Part shown: one piece after another, positions 20,062 through 31,569 of the stretch
Layout: the number at the start of each line of letters is the position of its first letter
Position numbering within the stretch: position 1 is the first letter of the stretch
From: a virus
Reading direction: 5' to 3' (one strand)
DNA length: 64,000 nt
Virus record (IMG/VR): IMGVR_UViG_3300007640_000027
Translations under genes and position numbers: made by a program
Notes under the pieces: model-generated
Databases searched by the model: none
The model's input: the letters and a program-made list of their open reading frames with translations, nothing else
Told to the model about the DNA's origin: nothing

Positions 20062-23000
20062 TTAAATTAGTTCTCGTATTGTATTTTTAAAGTAACGTTT
20101 TGCACGAGTAATTTGATTATTAGTAGTGGTAATTGACTGATTATAAGGATTACCTTCAACCCATACCTGATACCATAATTGTGCCAAATCCTCAGATACA
20201 TCATCTTCTGCATTTTGAATATTCGGATTATTGTCTCTTATTAGATTTAAATATGTACTGAATTTTGAATTCATATATCTAATTGAATCTGTAAAATCAT
20301 CAAAAGAAACATAAAAGTCATTTGACCCATTCACACTGTAATTTGTATATTCACTGATATATGAAGATAAATTACCACCAGGTTTTTGATAATTACCCTC
20401 ATACGGTTTAATGTTGTAAATGTTATTATTGTAAACATTTGATAATTCATTACAATCCTCACGAGAACATTTCATTAATTTTGCAGTACCCAATAAGAAT
20501 ATTCTTGTTATTAGACTATAACCACCAATAGATGAAGTTATTCCTGATATAGGAACCGTAGTTAATACTGTATTAACCTTTTCAACACCTTGATCGGGAT
20601 CTGTAAACCAAGCATCTTCAGGTGCCGCAATCTCTTGTGCTTGTATTGCGGTATTTTCATCAACAGAGTTTTCATTCGTACCACGAGTATTTGATTTGAT
20701 ATCTAAGTTTCTTAATCTTTCCTGATACCTTTTAACCAAATCCAAATTTACACTAGCAGCTTGCTTATCAATATTCTTTAATACAAATTTAGGAACCCTA
20801 ATTCCATCAAATTGAGTTTCAAAACTACCAGGCCCAATAGTATGATTAACATTTAAAATATAATAAGGTCCCCTAAACATCGGAACATATCTCAAATTAA
20901 AATACATTGTTGGTTGAATCTGAGCATTACCGATAGTTCTTATACTTGCAGTATATGTTAGACTTTGATAATATTGATACAATGATTGTGATTGTTGACT
21001 CACTTTCTTTCCACCCGCTTCACTACCCATACGGGCAAGTACATCATATACAGGTGCCGCATTTTTGTGTGTATTCATATCAATATCCAAATCTTTAAAT
21101 ACCCCTTGATTTGGAACTCCAAAATCCACAGTAAAACCAACACATCTGTTGGAAGCCGCAGGATCACCCGTATTTTCCGAAACAACACCATTACCATTCG
21201 GTACCGATAAATCAAATGCATCATTTGCAAATACATAATTTGGATTATCGGGTTGATCCAAATATTCTGAAGGTTTTCCGACATAAATTAAAAGAATTTT
21301 AGGTCGGGTATCAACAGTTTCAACTTCCATATGTGTTCCGAATAAATCATTGGCGAGATTTTCAATTCTATTTGGTTCTGAACCTGAAACTCTTCCTGGT
21401 AAACCATAAAAGTTGGTATATGTTGGAAGGGGCATATAGGTCATATTGGTATTTTCAATTAACGAACCCACCAAACTATACAATGAAGTTGAATCTCTTT
21501 TTACTTTTAAGTAATTTCTGAGATCATTTATATTGATGACTACTTTATCTCCAATATCACGATTGGCTCTATCTAAGAACAAAAAGTCTTCAAATAATGT
21601 TCTTCTTTTAAAATCTTGACCTGCAACCCACTTATCATTTAATAACTTAAGATTATAATAAATTTCAGTTTTTATCTCATCGCTATCAACAGAAGATTTT
21701 TGTATGTTTTCTGATTCTTCAATTATTACACTCGGTAATGTATTTGATTTTGTTAAAATATTATTTAATAAACTTCTTTGAAGGTTGGTTTTGTTTCCAA
21801 CATAATTATTAAATAAATCTCTAAAGTCATCTGAAGTTAAGTTTGAGTTTAACTTTCTTTGTGTAATATATATTTTTATAATTTTTTCAAAGTTTCTAAC
21901 ATTTGCCGCAGTAAAATCAATATTGAAATTAATGAAGAAGTCCGTAATATATGAACCCGAATCTTTGTAAAATAAATCACCATCTTCAAAATTACCAACT
22001 CTTAAATATAATTCATCCCAAGCATCAGGATATTGATTTTGACTATTAATTAATGTTGTTTGTGGCGGTAAACTGTTGTTTATATAACCCGAATATTGAG
22101 TTTGAATAATTTCTGGCGATATAAGATCAGAATTGTTCGTTACAAAATCATTAAAATATTTTCTGTTATAATTTGAAGGATTACCCAATTTTAATACCAC
22201 ATCTTTTTTCAATAAATCTTCAGATAACTTATTGGACATTGAATTGATCTGTTCAACCGCAATTTGTTTTGCAATCGTGGTCGGATCATTTGAAAGATTA
22301 TCAGGTTTTTGAACAATAAATGTTGATTTCATCATATCAAATAATGAAAAAGTGGCAATATTTCTGTTTTGTTCAAAAAAGTTTGACTTAACCTCAACTT
22401 CATTAAAAAATGAAGGTGCCGAAAATTTATCACTTTTCTGGCAAAAATTTAAAAATAACTTTTCAAACTCATCCAACAAATCTTTATTAAAAACCGAGAA
22501 TATTTCTTCAATATTCGCATAACCATATTGATTTGTTGTATTTGTTAAACTGAATGGTTCTTGAACCTGTTGATCGTTTTTTACTATTTTTAAGTACTCA
22601 TCGGGTGTCGGCTGACCAATAATATTATTATCAAAATAACCGAAGTTAGATACATTCCATAATGATCTCACACCACCATTAAAAATGGAAGGATAGTTAT
22701 TAGAAAAATCATTATTCAATTCATTTTCCACTTGATCTGATCTTAAGTGTCCAACAGAAGGAAACACCAATACGTTATCTTGATCTGAAGATGCAAAGTC
22801 AGAATTACCTAATATTTCACCATACACAAAGTAATTACTAATAACATTTTGGACATCAGTACTCTGATTTTCTATTTCTCCAATCTTAATATTTTTGTTT
22901 AATATACCTGTACCTACATCAGAAGAAGAGTAACTATTAAATAAATCATTACTTGTAAAATAATAATAAAAATCATTTAATACTTGCGGATAAAATCCAC

Positions 23001-26000
23001 GATTAATATATTGTGTATTATTTATTGTTTGATTATGTGAATAATTTAAAGAATTACCATTTAAATCATTAAAGACATATTGTTTTTGCAAATTTCCGGC
23101 AACGGGGTCATAACCATTTTGATAATCAAAATCACCCCAAACATTAGATAAAATATCGGTATTTGACGTATAATATTGTTTATATCTGTGCCATATTGAG
23201 CCATATTTTAAAATCCAAAGATAAGGTATTTTATGTATTGCTGAATATTTGTTAAACACGCTTGAAATGTAATTTAAATATTCCACCGAACCTTGTCCTG
23301 AATTTTCATTTTGGGTAATATAGTTGGTAAATTTTTCTTTCAGTGTTGAAAGTGGTAATGAATTTAAGAATAGATAACCCAACGCAACATATGGATTAAC
23401 ATTATTATTTTTTTCTTTTGCAACACCATCTATTATCGCATTGATAAAGTACGGTGTGTTTAATATTGATGTGGTCTGTTTGGACGTTAGTCTGTTTGTT
23501 GTTGGATATAATGAGGAATAATCAATATAAGATTCAGTTAAATACAAATTATTTTCTGTGCGAGTTTCATAATAAGTTTTTAATTGTTCCGTTGTATTAA
23601 TATTGTCTGAGGGTTGTGGAGATTGATCATCTGATGTGGATTGATTTGGACCACCCGATCTGTTATTCAACCAACCAAAATTCGTTAATAATTTCTTTTC
23701 GTAATTGGCATCCACATTATCAAAAGATGCGATTGTTTTTTTCGGTTCATAAACAGTCAATACCTTTGTGGTATCATTTGATTGTTTGGCGTCCTGAAAT
23801 ACAGAACCGTTTGCCATATTTTCTTGAATCCACTGTAAATCACCAAAAGGATATGTATCCAAAAATGATGAAGTATTAGTTAAACTATTCGCTAAAAGAT
23901 TTCTTAACTTTGCAATCGCATCTCCATCTGACGACGAATTCGTTGATTTACCATTATTTAACGTCTCAATTGAGTATACCCTATTTGGGTTTTCTAACAT
24001 TACTTTTATTCTATCAGTAACATATTCGTTTCTCTTAAATAGATTCCAATTCGTTCCTTGACCATTTTGTGATGTGGATTTTAAAAATGATAATAAGTTG
24101 GTAAGATTAAATTTACTCTCTTTTAAGATCTTCAATAATTCGGGGTTATTTTCAACGCTATTTAAAATGTTATTGAACTCAATTTGAGTGAAAATTTCGT
24201 TTGATTGTTTTTCTAAATCATCTGTAATGATTTTACTGTAGTTAGATAAAACATAACTTCTTTCAAATATCTCAAATAAATAATTTGTGATAATGGTATT
24301 TTGATAAGGCAACCTATTAAAAGGGAATTCGGTCGCAATAATTGGCGATAATTTTGTTTGTTGAAGGTCGTTTTCAAAGTTAATAAACGCAGTAGGAGTT
24401 TCTTTCTGAACTGCAGCCGTTAAATATTGTTCAACAAATTCAACCTCAGGCCAAGTGATTGGGTTTGTGTTGTCTGAAGCAATTCCTGTAATACCAGGAT
24501 ATTTTAATTCAAATTGTGAATTTCCATCTTCATCTTCTTCCAAAACAAAATATTGTGGCCAAGGATAAATAACTTTGTTTGTATCTGTTATGTTTTTGGA
24601 TTCTGAAGATAATGCTTTTTTGTTTTCACTTAATACACTATTAATTCTATTTGTATTACTTCTTTGATTCCACGCGTCTTCGTGTGTGTCATCCATAAGT
24701 TGTAAAAATGTGTCTGCATTTGCACAGACCACAGCAAAAACATTTCTTATTGTTGGTTTAAACCCTAAACCTATATTTGGATCTACAATTTTTTTGGATA
24801 ATGCGTCAGTTAATTTTTTCTGTATTTCTTGTACTTTTGTATCGTAATCTTTTTCTAGTTTGTTTAACTTATTTAAAAAACTATTTGATTCTGTACTATT
24901 ACCATTTTGACCAGTTACACCAACAATATTACCAAATTTAAAAAATGAATTTGAATTTCCTTTCTCAACTTCAAAAGTTTTTGCATTTATTCTATAACCA
25001 TCCAAAAACAATTCTCTAATAAATTCACCCTTAAATAATTCAACTTCATTATCTGTTAAACCAGCACCCAATCTTAACCTTGCAGTTTCACTGAAATTAA
25101 CCTGATCTGTTGGATTTGTTATATTAACCAAAAAGTCATCCAATTTAATATCAAATGATAAATTTGAATCTGTATAAACTTTATTATCTATTTTATATCT
25201 TCCGTTTTCACCAAAAGAAGGGTTTTCTTTTAATAAACGATTATAATTCTCTATCTTTGATTTTAAATCCGTTATCGCATCTTTATAAAATTGTAAATTA
25301 TTATCATTTTTCTTTAATTGATATAAGATACTTTTACCTATACCTTCGGCTGAACTAGGAACAACATAACTTTTTGGATCAATAAATTTAGTAAAGAAAT
25401 TTTCAACTGTAGTACTTAAACCATATACCGCATTTCTATATTCATCCAAATTTTTTTTATATTGATTTGCATCAATTAAAACGGAAAAATCTTGTTTGGA
25501 ATATGTATCCATCACAAACTTATCAAACCTTTCCAATCGGTTAACCATTTCACCCATGCTGATTTGTGAGGTCACAGGGAAGTCGTTACCAATTAAACCT
25601 TTGTCCCTATATACTTGATATACTTGTTGTAATTTTTGATATCCTCTTGTTGTATCCACAACATTAATTCGTGTGGTTGTATTATCATTACCTGTTTGTG
25701 CAACACTTTGTGATTCACTATTAGATGAACTATTGGAATTAGTTTGAATTGTTGTCGGATACATCTTTGATACCGTAAACAACTGATTAAGATTAATATC
25801 ATTTAATAATGCGTGTGTTCGTGCAATGAATTTTGTTGATATTATATAGTTACCCGTATTCGCATCAAACCTCGCATTAAAAGTTTGTAACATCAATTCA
25901 TATCTCAACGCCTTTCCAAAATACCCTTTTAATGTTAATTCAAATAAAGGATATGGCATTTGCATAAAAGCAGAATAAGGTGAATCTTCTCCCTGTTCAA

Positions 26001-26544
26001 ATAAAGCCCTTCCTTGTACATCCACAAAATCAATATCCACAACTGGAGTATATGAAGAATTAATTTTTATATTTATATTGGTAATACCTAAGAATTGACT
26101 ATCTGTTTTGTTGATAATTTTTTGATCCGTGAATTTTTGTGTTTTACCATCAGATAAGGTTTCGGTATTGGTATATTGTTGTATTTGATTTAAACCCTTA
26201 CCTTCCAAACTACCTTTACCTGTGATCTGATCAGACCAATCAGTAGTATAATTACCCGCATTAGGAAACGTGAAATTGGTTTTTAAATTTCTATCTTGAT
26301 TTAATTGACCGACTCTTAAATTAGTATAAATCGGCTCTTCCAAACCCTCACCTACAGCTAGTTTTGTTCTAGGTAATATCTTTGCAGTCAATTCTGCATA
26401 CATCACCATATCCTCGTGATTTACCAATCTTTCTTTTACCTGCCCTTGACTATCAACAACTTTGTTTGGGTCAACCACGTAAATATTTTGGAAATCACTC
26501 TCTACATATATGTTTTGAGAATTTGAATAATCCTTATTTGCCAT
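20062..26544 (-). CDS. Giant baseplate hub protein (gp27/VgrG/P2 gpD-like) with possible C-terminal lysozyme-like domain
   Basis: 2160 aa; TASIRTIGNAQIQPTMYFNL...GPYYILNVNHTI...FETQFDGIR hub signature; follows the LysM/gp53-like gene. Confidence 0.65.
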   Translation of the reverse strand: MANKDYSNSQNIYVESDFQNIYVVDPNKVVDSQGQVKERLVNHEDMVMYAELTAKILPRTKLAVGEGLEEPIYTNLRVGQLNQDRNLKTNFTFPNAGNYTTDWSDQITGKGSLEGKGLNQIQQYTNTETLSDGKTQKFTDQKIINKTDSQFLGITNINIKINSSYTPVVDIDFVDVQGRALFEQGEDSPYSAFMQMPYPLFELTLKGYFGKALRYELMLQTFNARFDANTGNYIISTKFIARTHALLNDINLNQLFTVSKMYPTTIQTNSNSSSNSESQSVAQTGNDNTTTRINVVDTTRGYQKLQQVYQVYRDKGLIGNDFPVTSQISMGEMVNRLERFDKFVMDTYSKQDFSVLIDANQYKKNLDEYRNAVYGLSTTVENFFTKFIDPKSYVVPSSAEGIGKSILYQLKKNDNNLQFYKDAITDLKSKIENYNRLLKENPSFGENGRYKIDNKVYTDSNLSFDIKLDDFLVNITNPTDQVNFSETARLRLGAGLTDNEVELFKGEFIRELFLDGYRINAKTFEVEKGNSNSFFKFGNIVGVTGQNGNSTESNSFLNKLNKLEKDYDTKVQEIQKKLTDALSKKIVDPNIGLGFKPTIRNVFAVVCANADTFLQLMDDTHEDAWNQRSNTNRINSVLSENKKALSSESKNITDTNKVIYPWPQYFVLEEDEDGNSQFELKYPGITGIASDNTNPITWPEVEFVEQYLTAAVQKETPTAFINFENDLQQTKLSPIIATEFPFNRLPYQNTIITNYLFEIFERSYVLSNYSKIITDDLEKQSNEIFTQIEFNNILNSVENNPELLKILKESKFNLTNLLSFLKSTSQNGQGTNWNLFKRNEYVTDRIKVMLENPNRVYSIETLNNGKSTNSSSDGDAIAKLRNLLANSLTNTSSFLDTYPFGDLQWIQENMANGSVFQDAKQSNDTTKVLTVYEPKKTIASFDNVDANYEKKLLTNFGWLNNRSGGPNQSTSDDQSPQPSDNINTTEQLKTYYETRTENNLYLTESYIDYSSLYPTTNRLTSKQTTSILNTPYFINAIIDGVAKEKNNNVNPYVALGYLFLNSLPLSTLKEKFTNYITQNENSGQGSVEYLNYISSVFNKYSAIHKIPYLWILKYGSIWHRYKQYYTSNTDILSNVWGDFDYQNGYDPVAGNLQKQYVFNDLNGNSLNYSHNQTINNTQYINRGFYPQVLNDFYYYFTSNDLFNSYSSSDVGTGILNKNIKIGEIENQSTDVQNVISNYFVYGEILGNSDFASSDQDNVLVFPSVGHLRSDQVENELNNDFSNNYPSIFNGGVRSLWNVSNFGYFDNNIIGQPTPDEYLKIVKNDQQVQEPFSLTNTTNQYGYANIEEIFSVFNKDLLDEFEKLFLNFCQKSDKFSAPSFFNEVEVKSNFFEQNRNIATFSLFDMMKSTFIVQKPDNLSNDPTTIAKQIAVEQINSMSNKLSEDLLKKDVVLKLGNPSNYNRKYFNDFVTNNSDLISPEIIQTQYSGYINNSLPPQTTLINSQNQYPDAWDELYLRVGNFEDGDLFYKDSGSYITDFFINFNIDFTAANVRNFEKIIKIYITQRKLNSNLTSDDFRDLFNNYVGNKTNLQRSLLNNILTKSNTLPSVIIEESENIQKSSVDSDEIKTEIYYNLKLLNDKWVAGQDFKRRTLFEDFLFLDRANRDIGDKVVININDLRNYLKVKRDSTSLYSLVGSLIENTNMTYMPLPTYTNFYGLPGRVSGSEPNRIENLANDLFGTHMEVETVDTRPKILLIYVGKPSEYLDQPDNPNYVFANDAFDLSVPNGNGVVSENTGDPAASNRCVGFTVDFGVPNQGVFKDLDIDMNTHKNAAPVYDVLARMGSEAGGKKVSQQSQSLYQYYQSLTYTASIRTIGNAQIQPTMYFNLRYVPMFRGPYYILNVNHTIGPGSFETQFDGIRVPKFVLKNIDKQAASVNLDLVKRYQERLRNLDIKSNTRGTNENSVDENTAIQAQEIAAPEDAWFTDPDQGVEKVNTVLTTVPISGITSSIGGYSLITRIFLLGTAKLMKCSREDCNELSNVYNNNIYNIKPYEGNYQKPGGNLSSYISEYTNYSVNGSNDFYVSFDDFTDSIRYMNSKFSTYLNLIRDNNPNIQNAEDDVSEDLAQLWYQVWVEGNPYNQSITTTNNQITRAKRYFKNTIRELI

Positions 26545-26851
26545 AATAGAAGAAATAATTATCTAACGCATCTTTATAATCTTGAAGGGAAGCAACCAAC
26601 GGAAAAGGTACGGTCAATACACTACCATCAGTTATATTATTTTCCAATCCACCATATTCAGGATTGCCCATCAAAATTAGCCAACCAAAATAAGGGGTAC
26701 CATATATTTCATAACTCAATTTGTCCAAACGACTACTTTCCTGTCTATAAACATAACGCTTATCTGTAGGTTTTGAAGGTATTTTTACAAAAGGAACAAT
26801 AGTTTGTTCTCCATTGACTATAAAATTCTGATATCTGTTATAATATCTCAT
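26534..26851 (-). CDS. LysM-like baseplate protein (T4 gp53 / P2 gpX-like)
   Basis: RLDKLSYEIYGTPYFGWLILMGNP...GSVLTVP. Confidence 0.75.
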   Translation of the reverse strand: MRYYNRYQNFIVNGEQTIVPFVKIPSKPTDKRYVYRQESSRLDKLSYEIYGTPYFGWLILMGNPEYGGLENNITDGSVLTVPFPLVASLQDYKDALDNYFFYYGK

Positions 26852-26853
26852 AG

Positions 26854-29800
26854 TTAATTAAAACTTTTTTTACCGTTAAATGTCTGACTATTTCCACTAT
26901 TTTTGGTAGAATAAATCTGATCAAAAAACCCTTTCTTCGTTTGATCGGTAAGAGATGAAGGTGTTTTAATATAATTAAATTTCCTTTCTTTATCCCGATC
27001 ATATGGTTTATATTCGTCTTCAAATTTTTCAACAATTGACTCCAAATTAAAACGAGCAACTTTACTTTCACCCCAATTCTTTAATGTATTATAATATCTA
27101 TATAATGAATTTGAATTGGTTTTAACCAATTTTGTTACATAACTATTCCATTCAGGTATTGCTTGTAAACCACCAGCCAATAGATCTTCAATAACTTTAT
27201 TTGTGTTATTTATTACATTATAGTATAAAATATTTGCAAGTCTAATATCCACGGCCCCCAATCCTAATAATGTATTTAAACCTGAAAAATCATAAGAGGT
27301 ATCATTATATGGTTTGGTCGGATCCATTAATACATTACTTGCAAAAATTAAATCATAAAAACTTTGTAAATCGGTACCCACTTTTGAAATATCATTTTCT
27401 AATTCTTGATATGTGTTAGTTGGTGTCGGATTATTTGAAGTATCACTCACTTCAGTTGTTGCAGTTAATTCATATATAAATGCCGTGTTTTTTCTATTGG
27501 CATAACCATCAGAATTTGTTAAGATAAAATTAAGTTTATCAACGGTTTGAATTAAATTGAGTTGGTTATTTACCAAATCAGTATTCAACTTATCATATTC
27601 CGCCAAATATTCTTGTTTGGTGTTTTGAATAAGATTTATAATGTTATTTACATATTTTTTCTTATCTCTGTTTCTGAAGTTTTGGTTTCCGATATTTTTA
27701 AACAACGGTCCCGTTTCATTATTCACATCATTAATTGTCTGAGAATATAAAGTTTCAATACGGTCTTGTAATCCTTTTGATTTACCAAAAATATCTAAAC
27801 CTTGTGTGGTACCCGTATAATAAGATCCTGAACCAAAATACCCTAAAATAAGACCTGTAGTGTAGTTTCTCTCTGCAGTATAATATTTTAAACCATCAAC
27901 TGAATATCTATCACTAATTGTCTGTATTGTTGAAACAATATTATTAACATAATTTTTAGAATCATCAATTAACTGATTGGATATTTCTTTATATGATGTT
28001 TCACCTGATAATGTTTCGTTTGAACCAACCGTAATTAAATTCTCATTTTGGATAACACCAATGGTCGTTTGATTTTCTTGACCCTGATTTGTTACGTTAT
28101 TCTGCAACCCAAACTCAGTTTCATTCTGTATCGCCTCTTGAACCTGTTTGTTAATATCATCCCTATTTTCTGTTGACTCCGCCCTTTCATCATACATTTC
28201 TGTATTCGCATAATAATTAAAGGATAATGCATTTTGTAATTGTTGGATCGGCTCTTTTAAACCACTACCACCAATAAAATAAAATGAAAGTGTTACACTC
28301 GCAATCATTGGCTGTACTCCAATACCTTCGGGGTTAATATCCAATAAAGGTTCATACTGAATGCTCAATTGATTAATTGCTATTTTGGTATGATAAAAAT
28401 CACCAATTCTTAAAACACAAATTGGAGGTGCTCCGAAAGCCGTGTTTTTTGCCACTTCTCTTTTGATTTCACCATCTTCACTAATAATTGGAATTGTTTC
28501 TCCAGGTCTTAAACATTGTTGTAAAAATGTTAACCTACCGTTAAGACCTTCAGGTGTTGTTGAATGAAATGCTGGATGGAAATATTTTAACTTTTCACGC
28601 ATAGAATCAAACACCAACGGTGTTTCGGCTTGGACTTGTTGGAAGTAATCACATTCAGTTAAAAGTTTTCTAACAACAATTTTAGACACATCTTGTCTAA
28701 ACTCTAACGAACTAGTTTGTTGTGGTATTTTAGTTTTACCATTTATTGATTTTTCACTTGTTTCTTCATTTTGAACCTCAGGTACTTTCAATTCGGAATT
28801 TTCATCTTCAACGATTTGAGTATCTAGTAAGGGTTGACTAACGGTAATTGCCCTTATAAATGCACTACGACAAGCCATTGCTCTTACTGTGTATATTTCG
28901 TTACCCGTTTGACTACAATCATACCCATCAATTTGTCCTTCAGCATTCACTTGCTCATCAAAAGTTAAAAGATCATTCAAATACTCACCAATTTGTTTAT
29001 CCTCTACTTGAAAACTTGTTATATAATTTTTAATGGTATTTATTCTTCGTTTTGCCAACGAATCGTTATATGTCTGACTACCCAATGCTGATGTATTACC
29101 TTGTATTGTTATCTTAACTTCACTACCCTGAACTAACGCATCACCAATTTTTTGTGTTAATGAACTTAAATTACTACTTATTGTTTCAATATTTTGATCA
29201 AAAAAGGTATTAACTGATTGTTGTTCAGACGCATCTGCATTTGATATATAAGTACTTTTTTGTGAAATGTATGCCAATAATAAATCCTGATAATTTTCAG
29301 TACTTGTAGTAACATTCGCGTCATTTGGACCCGGTTCATCATTATCAAAATAAAAATTGAAACTATAATCTTCAGTAGTAATTTGTGGAACATTTGTATT
29401 GTCGGCAACAACAGGTGAATTATCTGCCGGCTCTTGTGGATTAACCTCTTTCTCTGCCCCTTGATACACACTAATATCTTGAGTCTTCGTTACAATATTA
29501 TAAATGTCCGAATATGTGAACTGAGGGAAACGTGTTGCCAATTCATAAATATCATATGTTCTAGCCCCCGCCAAGAAACTTTCAATAACACCATTTACCC
29601 TTTCAATTGTATTAATATTTTTTAATTCCTTATCGGCAATAGCATTTAAAATAGAAGGGTGATCCACCACAATTTTAAATCTTAAACTACCGTTTCTATC
29701 GGTATTTTGATATGTATAAACAGGTTCAGGTCTACCCAAAAACGAATTTGAGTTCCATTGGACACTTGAATTTTCATCAAAACTTAAATCATATGGTGCG

Positions 29801-31518
29801 AACCACATCACACGACCTCCATTTGGTCCTTTCTCACATGCTGGCAAATCGTCATACGTATAACCAGGTGTTGATGAAGTTCTCCAAGCCAAATTTTCCA
29901 AAGATAACATATATTTCTTGGCATGTTTTCCGATTTCATCACCTTCAATAATATTAGTACTATCTGTGCCTCTATTTGGTGCAATATTAAGATTATATGT
30001 GTTATCTAAAACAGAATAACTAAACTTTCTAATGTTACCTTCCGTTTTTTGTAAATTAAGCATTTTTGAATATGGTATGTCTTTGGTGAAAACTCGGGCA
30101 TATTCTTCCCCCACAATAATACCATCAGACTGATTTACATAACGAACAACTTGAGATCCCTTTGTGATCTTTCTAATACCATCGTGAAATATTTTGGACA
30201 CCTGATCAATTGCGTTACCAACGTGTTGCAATTTTTTATCACCTTGCAATCCCGCAGCTGAATTAACCAACCTCTGAGTATTATCCAATATGGTTCCACT
30301 TGCAAATGATTGATCAGTTGATCTTGTTGAATCAAAATTTGTGTCCAAATTGCTTGATGATGATTGATAACCACTCGGACCTTCCACAATACCAATAGGG
30401 GACTCACTGTTAACCCAACTTAATCCTGATTGTAAGTTACCACCATCGGCATAATTCAGAGCGTTTAAACCGAATTTAAATTGATTTGCGGTCGTTCCGT
30501 TGTTACCCGATTCCAATGTGGTTGCCATTATACCATAACCTCTAACCGCAGTGTTATAAGGTTGATTGAACTTATCCAACGGCAATTCATTTTGAGGTGC
30601 AACCAAATCACCAATATCTACATTTCTATCACCCAAATAATATAACCCCTGAGGTGCATTTAAATTGGGGTTACTTAAGAAATTAAATCTATAATCAGGG
30701 GTATACTGGTTTTGTTTTAAATTTCTAAATAACTGATCACGAGTAGCCTTACCTGTGTTTGCAATCCAAACATCCATCGGTGTTTTTTCAGTTTGCAATT
30801 TACCTCTACTATTTAAACCAATTTCCGTTAATACCTGATTAAAAATTGATTTTTTATTATCATTTGAAAAATAATCACCAGGTATCCAAGAAAAAGGTGA
30901 ATATACATCAGTAATACGACTGATAAAATCTAATCCCTTACCAACCAAACTATCAGGAACAGAAATATTCCAATTTGGTTCAATAACTTCATTATTACCT
31001 GATACAATATTTAATAAATCATAAGGATCACTTAATGCACCAATAATGTTTGCACGACCTAATGTCTCTTGAAAAATTTCCTGAGCAATTCTCGCTTCAA
31101 ATTCACTCTTTAATCTTTCAGCACCAATCTTCGCCAATTCTGAATCTTCAGATAAAGGACCATTTGTTCCCGTTGGATTATTACTTAATAAAATCTGCCC
31201 AGGTGAATAAAATGAAGAAACAAAAGTGAAATATTCACTTCTGGGATCAATAATATTATCTATAATGGTCTGAATATACCTTTCAGTATATCCCTCAGGA
31301 GGTCCGTATCTGTTCTTTAAAAACATATTAACAGATGCATTCTCCGTCTGATTGAATAACGGTTCTGAATCAACAACTGAATAATTATCCTGAACATATC
31401 CACCATCCGCTGGTGAAGTAGTTGAATTGAACGCCTCAGCAGTATATGGAGGTAAATTTCTTACCAATAAATTATTTCTAAGTTGTTGTGTTGCACTAAA
31501 ACTTAAAGGACTGTTCAT
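26854..31518 (-). CDS. Large tail-tube initiator / baseplate protein (gp48/gp54/gpU-like) with an inserted OmpA-like domain
   Basis: FDENSSVQWNSNSFLGRPEPVYTYQNTDRNGSLRF and APPICVLRIGDFY...IASVTLSF tube-like segments flank FYFDND...IQGNTS...YNDSLAKRR; lies between tape measure and LysM genes. Confidence 0.6.
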   Translation of the reverse strand: MNSPLSFSATQQLRNNLLVRNLPPYTAEAFNSTTSPADGGYVQDNYSVVDSEPLFNQTENASVNMFLKNRYGPPEGYTERYIQTIIDNIIDPRSEYFTFVSSFYSPGQILLSNNPTGTNGPLSEDSELAKIGAERLKSEFEARIAQEIFQETLGRANIIGALSDPYDLLNIVSGNNEVIEPNWNISVPDSLVGKGLDFISRITDVYSPFSWIPGDYFSNDNKKSIFNQVLTEIGLNSRGKLQTEKTPMDVWIANTGKATRDQLFRNLKQNQYTPDYRFNFLSNPNLNAPQGLYYLGDRNVDIGDLVAPQNELPLDKFNQPYNTAVRGYGIMATTLESGNNGTTANQFKFGLNALNYADGGNLQSGLSWVNSESPIGIVEGPSGYQSSSSNLDTNFDSTRSTDQSFASGTILDNTQRLVNSAAGLQGDKKLQHVGNAIDQVSKIFHDGIRKITKGSQVVRYVNQSDGIIVGEEYARVFTKDIPYSKMLNLQKTEGNIRKFSYSVLDNTYNLNIAPNRGTDSTNIIEGDEIGKHAKKYMLSLENLAWRTSSTPGYTYDDLPACEKGPNGGRVMWFAPYDLSFDENSSVQWNSNSFLGRPEPVYTYQNTDRNGSLRFKIVVDHPSILNAIADKELKNINTIERVNGVIESFLAGARTYDIYELATRFPQFTYSDIYNIVTKTQDISVYQGAEKEVNPQEPADNSPVVADNTNVPQITTEDYSFNFYFDNDEPGPNDANVTTSTENYQDLLLAYISQKSTYISNADASEQQSVNTFFDQNIETISSNLSSLTQKIGDALVQGSEVKITIQGNTSALGSQTYNDSLAKRRINTIKNYITSFQVEDKQIGEYLNDLLTFDEQVNAEGQIDGYDCSQTGNEIYTVRAMACRSAFIRAITVSQPLLDTQIVEDENSELKVPEVQNEETSEKSINGKTKIPQQTSSLEFRQDVSKIVVRKLLTECDYFQQVQAETPLVFDSMREKLKYFHPAFHSTTPEGLNGRLTFLQQCLRPGETIPIISEDGEIKREVAKNTAFGAPPICVLRIGDFYHTKIAINQLSIQYEPLLDINPEGIGVQPMIASVTLSFYFIGGSGLKEPIQQLQNALSFNYYANTEMYDERAESTENRDDINKQVQEAIQNETEFGLQNNVTNQGQENQTTIGVIQNENLITVGSNETLSGETSYKEISNQLIDDSKNYVNNIVSTIQTISDRYSVDGLKYYTAERNYTTGLILGYFGSGSYYTGTTQGLDIFGKSKGLQDRIETLYSQTINDVNNETGPLFKNIGNQNFRNRDKKKYVNNIINLIQNTKQEYLAEYDKLNTDLVNNQLNLIQTVDKLNFILTNSDGYANRKNTAFIYELTATTEVSDTSNNPTPTNTYQELENDISKVGTDLQSFYDLIFASNVLMDPTKPYNDTSYDFSGLNTLLGLGAVDIRLANILYYNVINNTNKVIEDLLAGGLQAIPEWNSYVTKLVKTNSNSLYRYYNTLKNWGESKVARFNLESIVEKFEDEYKPYDRDKERKFNYIKTPSSLTDQTKKGFFDQIYSTKNSGNSQTFNGKKSFN

Positions 31519-31569
31519 AATGAATAATTATTTATTCATAAATAGATGTTTGAATCGTTTTTATATTAG

